Under the pieces are notes generated by a model, which worked only from the letters and a program-made list of their open reading frames with translations, made no database searches and had not been told where the DNA came from. A stretch of 53,624 nucleotides of DNA from a virus. Lineage: Duplodnaviria; Heunggongvirae; Uroviricota; Caudoviricetes. Position numbers and translations under genes: made by a program. The stretch is taken from IMG/VR virus record IMGVR_UViG_3300048597_000653, positions 1 through 53,624 of that record. One strand, given 5' to 3'. This document shows, piece by piece, positions 37,246 through 44,578 of the stretch (positions are counted from its first letter, which is position 1; each line of letters starts with the position of its first letter).

Positions 37246-37367
37246 TAGCGGTTTATGTTCCCAGTTGAACGCTTGGCGAGTCGATAACCCAGGCCTATAC
37301 CAGCCAGGAATGATCCTTGAATGGCCAGGACGATGATTAGTGCGTCGAACGAAGATATTTGAGTCAT
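37245..37367 (-). CDS. 40-aa single-TM peptide
   Basis: AAGGAG RBS within motif copy A. Confidence 0.6.
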   Translation of the reverse strand: MTQISSFDALIIVLAIQGSFLAGIGLGYRLAKRSTGNINR

Positions 37368-37375
37368 GTTTCTCC

Positions 37376-37579
37376 TTAGCCGTTCTTGATCCCGGTTAGC
37401 GTGTTCTGGCACCGATGGCAGAGACCGATTTGCTTTTCTACATTGGTCATTAGAGGATTGTTGCACGGCACAACCCGCAATTCATCCAGACCAACTGTTT
37501 CGCAATCAATGAACACAACATCGTCCACCACTTGTTGATGCACTTTGATGTCTAGGCGCTTGTTCGTGCAATGTCCCAT
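37376..37579 (-). CDS. small Cys-containing protein
   Basis: TAATG overlap; CHRC. Confidence 0.55.
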   Translation of the reverse strand: MGHCTNKRLDIKVHQQVVDDVVFIDCETVGLDELRVVPCNNPLMTNVEKQIGLCHRCQNTLTGIKNG

Positions 37580-38184
37580 TACTTTCCAACCTTGCTCGTG
37601 GTTGCTCTGTATCGGTCGAGCCCTTCCTCGCCGAAGCAACGATGGTCGCGGAGATATTGTAGTGGCTCAGATGCGGTGCCAGCTTCCCAGGCTTTGCGAA
37701 GCCGCTGTTTCCACATCCGGCCGTTGGCCTGGGCAAACTTGTTGAGGTGGTATTCCTCTTCCCATTTGAGCGACGTGCGAGTCCGCTCACGCTCTTCAGC
37801 CAGTCGCTTCTGTCGTGCGGCCTCTCGCCGCGCTTCACGCTTCTGATGGTCGCCGTAAGATTCCAGCGTGAGCTTGTGTGGCTTCAAAGCTTCGCGGATG
37901 TCCTCGACCTCGCCCTCGTGCAAGTAGATGACCTGCACCGGCAGCCCGTCCTTGGTTGTGGCGTGAATCAGTTGGTACGGAACGATGTCCTCGGGCTTGG
38001 ACAACTCCTGAACGATGCAGGTTAGTTCCTGCTGGCCAGGGGCGATGCCACGAACCTCTTCGATGATGTCTCGCAGTTGGCTGCTCAGCCACACGTCGCC
38101 GTCGCCATCAGGCTCGCCGGTTCGGCCGTACTCGATCGCGCTTTTCACCAGATCGAAGATGGATTCGAGCAGTTCATCGTTCAT
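37579..38184 (-). CDS. hypothetical protein
   Basis: RBS in motif copy B; C-terminal FAQANGRMWKQRL...W...LQYLRD domain. Confidence 0.75.
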   Translation of the reverse strand: MNDELLESIFDLVKSAIEYGRTGEPDGDGDVWLSSQLRDIIEEVRGIAPGQQELTCIVQELSKPEDIVPYQLIHATTKDGLPVQVIYLHEGEVEDIREALKPHKLTLESYGDHQKREARREAARQKRLAEERERTRTSLKWEEEYHLNKFAQANGRMWKQRLRKAWEAGTASEPLQYLRDHRCFGEEGLDRYRATTSKVGK

Positions 38185-38225
38185 CGTTTGCCCTTTAGCG
38201 GTTTCTTGTCTCGGTTAAGGTTGCC

Positions 38226-38254
38226 CGCCAGGTTGGGAGCGACCCAACCTGGCG
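38226..38254. other. perfect 12-bp hairpin
   Basis: cgccaggttggg-agcga-cccaacctggcg. Confidence 0.85.
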
Positions 38255-38443
38255 AGCCCGCATTTGTCACACTTAGGCTCCGCAGGAATCTCCCGCGGGC
38301 AAATCTTTCAATTGAGGCGCCCGACTGTGGCCGCTAAGCGAACCCCGTGGGGAACGGCCGTTTGGCCAGGCTAGTTGGCTTTGCTTGCGTCGGCCGGGGC
38401 GCTTGCGACTCCCGCAGGCATAAGGGTTGGATGTATGGACTGG

Positions 38444-39052
38444 TCATTGGGCCTCGACCGCGCGGAGTGCTTTGTGAAACTCGGGCACCAAGTCAACCAC
38501 GTCGGCCGCATCGGTTGCTTCGCAGGCTCTGCGGACAACTTCGATCAAGGATGGGACGGCGTCCAGATTGAGTTTGGCCGTTTCTTGTCCCGGTTGGCAC
38601 CGATTTTCTTCGATGACCTGCTTTGCGATCTCACGCGCTTTGTCGCACTGTTCGCTTCGGAACTCGTCTTCCTTCTCCTGGTCGCTCAATTCGTCGCGGA
38701 ATTCCTGGTACGCCTGGTTGATCCGGCCGATCAGATCGCACCATGTAACGCCTACAGCGTTGCCGTAGGTGTAGGCAGCCTGGGTGCCAATGGCCTTCTC
38801 CGGCTCTTGGCCTTGCCACAGTCCGTTGTCGGTTTCGATGTAATTGGACAGTTCATCGAGCAACTCGGCCGCATCCAGCAGATCGTAGAGCCTGTCAACG
38901 TGGTTTTCGTGGTGATAACTGTCACCGTCATCGTAGTCATTGTTGAAATCTTCGGACGCCTCGCCGTCGTCCACCAGTTGATCGACAATCTGATCCAAGA
39001 AGTGTTCCGCCATGTCGCAAGCGTCATTCATCGCATCATCGGAGTAGCTCAT
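38444..39052 (-). CDS. acidic protein, Ocr (T7 gp0.3)-like N-terminal domain (tentative)
   Basis: D/E-rich; ETDNGL...IGTQAAYTYGNAVGVTWCD resembles Ocr FEDSGL...[17 protein letters not shown] as recalled. Confidence 0.5.
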   Translation of the reverse strand: MSYSDDAMNDACDMAEHFLDQIVDQLVDDGEASEDFNNDYDDGDSYHHENHVDRLYDLLDAAELLDELSNYIETDNGLWQGQEPEKAIGTQAAYTYGNAVGVTWCDLIGRINQAYQEFRDELSDQEKEDEFRSEQCDKAREIAKQVIEENRCQPGQETAKLNLDAVPSLIEVVRRACEATDAADVVDLVPEFHKALRAVEAQ

Positions 39053-39084
39053 GGTGTTTGCCCCTTAGTCGTTTCTCGGTCCGG

Positions 39085-39486
39085 TTAGAGTCGGTTGGTC
39101 ATCACAGATTCGCGGAGCGCTTCCATCGCTTCCTCGACGGATTCCCACGCGATGGAATTCATGGATGAGAAGCTTTCGACCTCGCCCAGCATGTTCGGAT
39201 CGTCGATTTGGGCGAGAATGGCGTCGATGACATCACAGGCGATATGCCGATCCTCGCTGGTTCGATTTTCGTAGTGATCGCGGACAGTCTGGGCGACGTT
39301 CTCATCCACAACCCAAGGCTGCAACCGCACCTCGTCGTAACAATGATGAAGCCAGTAGCGGGAATCGCCCGTCCGGTTGCTGCGATCGAGCACATACACG
39401 CTCACGATCCGCTCGATTTGCGGCCGATCGGCTTCTCTGATGTCAAACTCGTGCGTGGTGTCGAGTGTCACCGCGAAGGCGTCCAT
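39085..39486 (-). CDS. hypothetical protein
   Basis: ATG (MDAFAV) follows motif copy D. Confidence 0.75.
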   Translation of the reverse strand: MDAFAVTLDTTHEFDIREADRPQIERIVSVYVLDRSNRTGDSRYWLHHCYDEVRLQPWVVDENVAQTVRDHYENRTSEDRHIACDVIDAILAQIDDPNMLGEVESFSSMNSIAWESVEEAMEALRESVMTNRL

Positions 39487-39517
39487 AGTTACTGCCCTTA
39501 GTCGTTTGTTGGTTCGG

Positions 39518-39769
39518 TTAGGCTGCGGGTTGCCGATAGTTCCACAATCGCTGGCCTGGAATTCCGCCGGGGAACTCGCCCATTTCAACGTCACCGCCGA
39601 AGTAGAGCGCTTCCACTCGCCACATGTGGCGGTTGTACGCTTCCCAGCTTGGAGTCGATGAGGTGAGCATGTTGTGATAGGTCCAGCGTGCTTTCGCCTT
39701 GGCCAGCCCGATCGCATTGGTGATACGATCCTCAAGACGGCAAAGGCGGGATAACGTCCCTTCGTTCAT
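39518..39769 (-). CDS. hypothetical protein
   Basis: GGAG RBS. Confidence 0.65.
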   Translation of the reverse strand: MNEGTLSRLCRLEDRITNAIGLAKAKARWTYHNMLTSSTPSWEAYNRHMWRVEALYFGGDVEMGEFPGGIPGQRLWNYRQPAA

Positions 39770-39774
39770 CGTTG

Positions 39775-39885
39775 CTAACTCCAGAGTCGTTTCGCGAAGC
39801 GCTTAGCGCGGTGGGATGCATACCATCGTCGCCGCGCTTCACCCTTGCTGCCATTTCTTCTCGGGCGCTTGCTTCCGTCGATCAT
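39775..39885 (-). CDS. 36-aa basic peptide
   Basis: MIDGSKRPRRNGSKGEARRRWYASHRAKRFAKRLWS follows a motif copy and fills the gap. Confidence 0.5.
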   Translation of the reverse strand: MIDGSKRPRRNGSKGEARRRWYASHRAKRFAKRLWS

Positions 39886-39889
39886 GGCC

Positions 39890-40330
39890 TTAGCCCTCAG
39901 CGCTTACGGTTAAGGCTTCCTGAGCCAGTTCAAACCACTCCAATCCCTCAAAGAAGATCGGCGCCCGATGGCTCGTCTTGATCCGCAGAATCTCGCATGC
40001 GTGGTCAAATTGTTTGCCGTAGTCGTCTGCGATGCTGACACCGTGGCCCATGCATCCCAACATGAGGGACGATAGCGCTCGGGCCTCATCGTCTGGGCCT
40101 AGATCCATGTGATGAAACACAAGGCCCAAATCGTGGCCCCATGCGTGCTCAATGCGGCCGATATACCGCATGACGATTGGCAACTGGACATCATCCGGCA
40201 GACGCGGGACGTGCTCGCAAATGTCTTCCTGCGCGGGAAAGCGTCCACCTTGCTCTTCAAATTCGCTCGCGTACACGCTCGCGTAGCAGGCATGCGCGGC
40301 TTCAAGTAAAGCTTGTTTTGACGGTAGCAT
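39890..40330 (-). CDS. hypothetical protein
   Basis: AAGGGGCA RBS. Confidence 0.75.
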   Translation of the reverse strand: MLPSKQALLEAAHACYASVYASEFEEQGGRFPAQEDICEHVPRLPDDVQLPIVMRYIGRIEHAWGHDLGLVFHHMDLGPDDEARALSSLMLGCMGHGVSIADDYGKQFDHACEILRIKTSHRAPIFFEGLEWFELAQEALTVSAEG

Positions 40331-40339
40331 GGTTGCCCC

Positions 40340-40525
40340 TTAGCTTGCGATCATCTGGTTGATTTGTGCCAAGTATTCTGGCTTGTAGATGTCCACTCGA
40401 TTGGTTGCGTCGTGGAGTATCTGCTTTGCGACGTGGGGAGGTATCTTTACGTCAAACTGCATACGCTTGCCGGTTGGTGTCGCGAGGATGTGAACCCAGC
40501 CGGCAATTGTTTGAATAGATGCCAT
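40340..40525 (-). CDS. hypothetical protein
   Basis: Follows motif copy E. Confidence 0.7.
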   Translation of the reverse strand: MASIQTIAGWVHILATPTGKRMQFDVKIPPHVAKQILHDATNRVDIYKPEYLAQINQMIAS

Positions 40526-40535
40526 GATTTGCCCC

Positions 40536-40793
40536 TTAGTCGTTATGCGGTCCGGTTAGAGTGGCGACCTTGCGCGGCTTGCTGAATTGCTTCAGGAGGT
40601 AGCGATATTCCTTGTATGTGGTGGGAATCTGTTGACTGACTGGCACACTGGCGAATTCTGGCACGAGCGCTTGCGTCCCCTCATAGCCCTCGTCGATGGC
40701 TCGCACGATGGTTGCCTTCTCATTGAGGATCAGGAATAGACGCCGCGGGTTGCCGTTTCTGTCGTTTCCTGCGTTTAGGTGGATTGCGATCAT
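40536..40793 (-). CDS. conserved phage hypothetical protein
   Basis: HLNAGNDRNGNPRRLF...AIDEGYEG. Confidence 0.7.
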   Translation of the reverse strand: MIAIHLNAGNDRNGNPRRLFLILNEKATIVRAIDEGYEGTQALVPEFASVPVSQQIPTTYKEYRYLLKQFSKPRKVATLTGPHND

Positions 40794-41062
40794 TGGCCCT
40801 GCTCCCCATAGGCGGATTCGATTTGCTTGTCACAATCTGAGCAATGCAGGCTGTCGTCTTCCCAGTTGACATCAGCGCCGACTATGTGCCATTGCTTGTC
40901 GCTTGCGTCCTTGTAATCGACGTTAGATTGACACGCGCAGTCCGCACATAACGTCCCGCCATCCGCGGTTACGTAATACAGCGGATAGCCGCCCGGCCAT
41001 GCATACGCTTGTAGCTTGCCGTTTTCCATTCGGTAGGTTTCTAGATCGAATGGTTTGCACAT
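40790..41062 (-). CDS. conserved phage Zn-binding-like protein
   Basis: YAWPGGYPLYY...LCADC...NWEDDSLHCSDC...IESAYG. Confidence 0.8.
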   Translation of the reverse strand: MCKPFDLETYRMENGKLQAYAWPGGYPLYYVTADGGTLCADCACQSNVDYKDASDKQWHIVGADVNWEDDSLHCSDCDKQIESAYGEQGQ

Positions 41063-41066
41063 TGCC

Positions 41067-41330
41067 CTAGCTCCTGATTGCCGGATGATTGGGATGCTGT
41101 AGCCGCAAATGATCGGACACGATCGCATTGACTTCGTGCGCGTCGATGCCGGGTTGCTTGCCACCTATTCGGCAATCGACCAGGTCGCCCCGTGCGTCGA
41201 ATTCCGCGAATAGTCGCTTGCCTGCTATCTGCGAGCATGGCCAGCGGTTGCCTGGACGGTTGGCCCATTGGTAGGTTTCATCAGCCGAGAGCCAAAGCGC
41301 TGTCCCTGATTCGTTGACAATTACTCTCAT
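41067..41330 (-). CDS. hypothetical protein
   Basis: In operon; LWLSADETYQWA..PG..WPCS. Confidence 0.7.
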   Translation of the reverse strand: MRVIVNESGTALWLSADETYQWANRPGNRWPCSQIAGKRLFAEFDARGDLVDCRIGGKQPGIDAHEVNAIVSDHLRLQHPNHPAIRS

Positions 41331-41333
41331 GGC

Positions 41334-41684
41334 TCACCTCACACGAATTGAGACGTAATAGTAGGTGTCGCAATCCTCACCGATGAATTCTCCATCCTCA
41401 TCGGAGTAATCATCGGGGTTTACGTCGATGAGGTGCGTTTCAACGTCTGGCGAGGTGGGGAACTCTTTCCAGCCTTCCTGCTCTTTAATCCGCGCTTCCA
41501 AGTCTTCAGAATCCCAGCCTTGCTGGGCCAGACTTTCTAGCGCGTCGTCGATTGCCTCCGCGGGATTGTTGCCGTTGCCTGTTGCAACGTCGGTATACTG
41601 AGTGTGGGATGTCCCGCAGCCCTGGAAGTAGCTTGCGCCTTCTATACCGTGATCGATCAGTTCAAAAGCTTCTGCGCGTTTCAT
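41334..41684 (-). CDS. acidic hypothetical protein
   Basis: AAGGGGCAAAC RBS. Confidence 0.75.
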   Translation of the reverse strand: MKRAEAFELIDHGIEGASYFQGCGTSHTQYTDVATGNGNNPAEAIDDALESLAQQGWDSEDLEARIKEQEGWKEFPTSPDVETHLIDVNPDDYSDEDGEFIGEDCDTYYYVSIRVR

Positions 41685-41693
41685 GTTTGCCCC

Positions 41694-41870
41694 TTAGCGG
41701 ATTGGGTAACTGCCAACATAAAGCAGAGAATTGCGGAAGGCTTTTGCTTGCCTTGCGCCGTATCTGCTGCGGATACTTTGCAACGTGGCGGCCAGCATCG
41801 GGCGAGTGGGCGGATGCAAGACGTAGTGGCAATGCACGCGCATCATAGGCGCGAAGTAATAACCGCTCAT
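41694..41870 (-). CDS. 58-aa hypothetical protein
   Basis: GGGGCA RBS, ATGA overlap, fills gap exactly. Confidence 0.55.
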   Translation of the reverse strand: MSGYYFAPMMRVHCHYVLHPPTRPMLAATLQSIRSRYGARQAKAFRNSLLYVGSYPIR

Positions 41871-42484
41871 TTGTTGCCCCGATTCTGTTGGTTGAGCTTG
41901 AATCGCAGGCTAAGGCGATGGTTTGCCAATCGTTCGGCGCGAAGATCAGGCTTTCCCGCAACCGTATAACCGTCTGCCTCAAGCTGGGCTGCCACGTTCC
42001 AAGCGCAATCTCGGGCGCAGTCATCAGCGGCAAAATCGTAGTCATCAATTCCACCAAGGCTGTCGATATATCCGCGGAATTCGCAGACCACGCGATACCA
42101 TTCCCAGCCTTGATCGTGCCATTTCACAAGCTGGGCCAACCGGCGCGCCTTGTCTTGTGCTGCAAGCTCGCGTGCTACTTGCTTGCTCGCGCCGTTGTCG
42201 CGATGGTACTGATACGTTTCTTGAATTCCGGCAGACTGTGGCTCATCCAAGACGATAACGCCACCCCTACGGCCAGCGCCGTAGGAATAACCTTGGCCCT
42301 CTTTCTGCCCTGGATGGTCGGCCGATTCTATCTCGTGATCGTAGCCGCACTGGTTGTCCCAAGGCTTGTCACCGAATTCGTCATTCTCCATGCGACAAGC
42401 TTCTAAGATGTCTGCAAAATCGACGATTGCAGATTCTGCGCTGATTGTTAGCATCGTGTCGTCAATGCGCATTTTCTTGCTCAT
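41867..42484 (-). CDS. hypothetical protein
   Basis: Likely ATG 42484 overlapping upstream stop; YIDSLGGID motif. Confidence 0.7.
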   Translation of the reverse strand: MSKKMRIDDTMLTISAESAIVDFADILEACRMENDEFGDKPWDNQCGYDHEIESADHPGQKEGQGYSYGAGRRGGVIVLDEPQSAGIQETYQYHRDNGASKQVARELAAQDKARRLAQLVKWHDQGWEWYRVVCEFRGYIDSLGGIDDYDFAADDCARDCAWNVAAQLEADGYTVAGKPDLRAERLANHRLSLRFKLNQQNRGNK

Positions 42485-42855
42485 GGTTGCGCTCGCGTGA
42501 ACTGGTTGACTGCTGCTAGTACGTCGTCTGCGGTTGCTTGTCGCAGGCTTGCATAGGGCACAGTGCAAACTGTGCCATCCACTCGGCGCACATAGACTTG
42601 ATCGAAAGGCTTGCTTTCGGCTGTGCCTGCCATGATTCCATGCGGGGTATCCCATGCGACGTGGTTTGCGAGCGCGTCAACATGGCGAGCGCCTCGCAAT
42701 GTCACCTCACCTAGGCGTTTTTCACCATTGAAGATTCGCCAACATGATGAATCAGTCGAGACGTATCGTTGCGCCACACTCACAGCATCGGTAAACAGTC
42801 CGTCTACTTGCTGCGATTCGTTCGGGTTGTTCGCGTTGACGATTTGCCACAACAT
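42481..42855 (-). CDS. hypothetical protein
   Basis: In operon. Confidence 0.65.
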   Translation of the reverse strand: MLWQIVNANNPNESQQVDGLFTDAVSVAQRYVSTDSSCWRIFNGEKRLGEVTLRGARHVDALANHVAWDTPHGIMAGTAESKPFDQVYVRRVDGTVCTVPYASLRQATADDVLAAVNQFTRAQP

Positions 42856-42858
42856 GGA

Positions 42859-43020
42859 TCAGCCTTTTACGCCACATGCGCGGTAAAACGTGGTAAAACT
42901 GAAGCGCGGATTCTGGCTAGCGCAGACTTCTGCAATCAGGTTGGCCACTCGCTCTCGCTCCTGTTCGTTGCTGATGCTTTTGATTGCTTCGGCCAGTGCT
43001 TTGAAGTGTTTTCTGCTCAT
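42859..43020 (-). CDS. conserved small phage protein
   Basis: MSRKHFKALAEAI...NPRFSFTTFYRACG; GAGGGGCA RBS. Confidence 0.7.
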   Translation of the reverse strand: MSRKHFKALAEAIKSISNEQERERVANLIAEVCASQNPRFSFTTFYRACGVKG

Positions 43021-43030
43021 GGTGCCCCTC

Positions 43031-43117
43031 TTAGTAAGGTTGCCGCGGGGCAAGCACAGTCTGCCAGACGCTCGCAATCAGGATGAATCCGGCAAAGGCT
43101 GCTAGTTCGATGACCAT
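43031..43117 (-). CDS. 28-aa hydrophobic peptide
   Basis: MVIELAAFAGFILIASVWQTVLAPRQPY; AAGGGGCA RBS. Confidence 0.5.
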   Translation of the reverse strand: MVIELAAFAGFILIASVWQTVLAPRQPY

Positions 43118-43139
43118 TGTGCTTGCCCCTTGGTTGTGC

Positions 43140-43170
43140 ATTATAAGATTGCATCACCATTGACCTAAGG
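43140..43170 (-). promoter_or_regulatory. promoter of leftward arm
   Basis: TATAAT on minus strand at 43140-43145; adjacent CATCACCATTGACC resembles the shared promoter spacer core. Confidence 0.5.
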
Positions 43171-43199
43171 CAAACAGAATTTAGCGGATCCGTAGTATT

Positions 43200-44570
43200 T
43201 ATTCCCGAATCCCACGATTGGTTGCACAGAATGTGGGAAATACCGCGCACGATGGGCGCCGGCCGACCGCGAGCGTGTCGCGTCTTGGTGCAGAGCGGGC
43301 GCAGAATGCTGCCTGATCGACGCGGTACGATGCTTTGCGTGTCGCGTCAGGCAGTGATTATCGACGCGACGAATGGCGAGAATTTGACGAGCCTAAGATT
43401 TAGAATCTGTCGCGTGCAAAATCTTGAGCAAGGCCGAGCCAACCGCGTCAATTACCGGATTGAGTAATGTCGCGTCGAAAAGAGTCATTTTTGTAAGGTG
43501 CAGAGCGGGTTGACGTTGCGTTGAAAAAGTTACTGAGTTACCCTGGTTACCGTTTGTTACTTCTCCTATGCATATTCTATTTACACTCACTCTCTACTTA
43601 CTTACTTACTAAATAACTATCTATATAGAAGAACAATAATAGAGTAATTGAGTCATTCTGTACGCGCAACGTGCATTGAATGCACGGCTTGCTGCATGTT
43701 ACCTTTCTGCAAATTGCGATACTACCGCGTCAAATTAGGTAATTGTCGCGTCAGACGTGGTTACAAGCTGGGAGGCAAGAACTGCCGAAACGGCAGACAT
43801 GACGCGGCAAGAAACCATATTTGGCAGTCAACCGCGTCAGACCACGACGCGACCCGCTCACCTGGTCGATGCTGTGCGTTGATCGTCGCGAATCAACGCA
43901 AATCGTGATGCACAAACAAGATGCAATCGTGCTCGTGTTATATTGCACCACCTTAGACGTCCGTCGATGGTGACGCAACGTGATGGCAGACGCGGGGTTG
44001 TATCGTCTGGGCAGGTAACTTGCCGCGGGTGGAACGGGTGGGGTCAAATCCGCGGGTTGTGACCGGGATTGGCATGGCACGCCATTCGCAGCCCTTTCGA
44101 CGCTTGGGGCGCCGAAGCAAGAAGCAGTGACGCGTCATGCGGGCTTCTCGGCCGATCGCGGGGCTCGCGATCGGCCAAGCTCGAACTCGCGGGGCTCGCC
44201 GCCGGCCGACGCAAAGCACATCGACGCGTCATCAAGGCATCTCGCGACTGGCAGCGACAACGTCCGAACACAATCGCGATCGCCGGAGGCTTCGGATTTG
44301 CCACCGCCTGCGCGATAGATAGGTGCCCATCGTCAAATCACACCGGCCCATGACATATCGCAACAGAAGCGAACTGTGAGCATTTCAGCCAGGGTCACGC
44401 GGCAGGAGGGTCAAATCCGCCGGCCACAGGAATTCAATCAACTGCTTAACGCGTCAGAGCAATTCCGGCGCCGGCCGGCGGAGAGAGGCATTGACGCGTC
44501 AGTCTCCTGCCTTGAGAAGAGGTAAACACAGAGCGAATTCAACGACCAGATTCTATGTCGTAGCGGTCCC
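43200..44570. other. non-coding cis region (origin/terminus candidate)
   Basis: No credible ORFs; AT-rich core 43560-43660, four GTTAC repeats, about 16 CGCGTC sites. Confidence 0.6.
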
Positions 44571-44578
44571 CAGGCAGA

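Larger units (their letters stand above)
37374..40559 (-). repeat. six dispersed copies of YTAACCG-N12-RCTAARG gene-leader motif
   Basis: Copies at 37374-37399, 38193-38218, 39063-39088, 39496-39521, 39888-39913, 40534-40559. Confidence 0.9.

Noticed and set aside
38300-38443. c-di-GMP-I riboswitch (GGCAAAC/GCAAAG words)
   Set aside because: Required order GGCAAAC-hairpin-GCAAAG-GNCUAA is not present; GGGGCAAAC elsewhere is simply the RBS
38375-39088. 237-aa plus-strand ORF (and similar long antisense ORFs such as 45159-45881, 18013-18714, 23208-23612, 47696-48334)
   Set aside because: Shadow frames opposite well-supported genes; no RBS or motifs
37374-40559. Canonical ECF (SigX/SigE-type AAC...CGAC/TCTAA) promoters for the phage sigma factor
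   Set aside because: Spacing from AAC to CGAC is 12 nt and to RCTAA 14 nt, about 4 nt shorter than canonical ECF spacing, and the start site would fall in the RBS; kept only as a minor hypothesis
44128-44137. Eukaryotic CRE/bZIP site (TGACG..)
   Set aside because: Bacterial/phage context; the resemblance is coincidental
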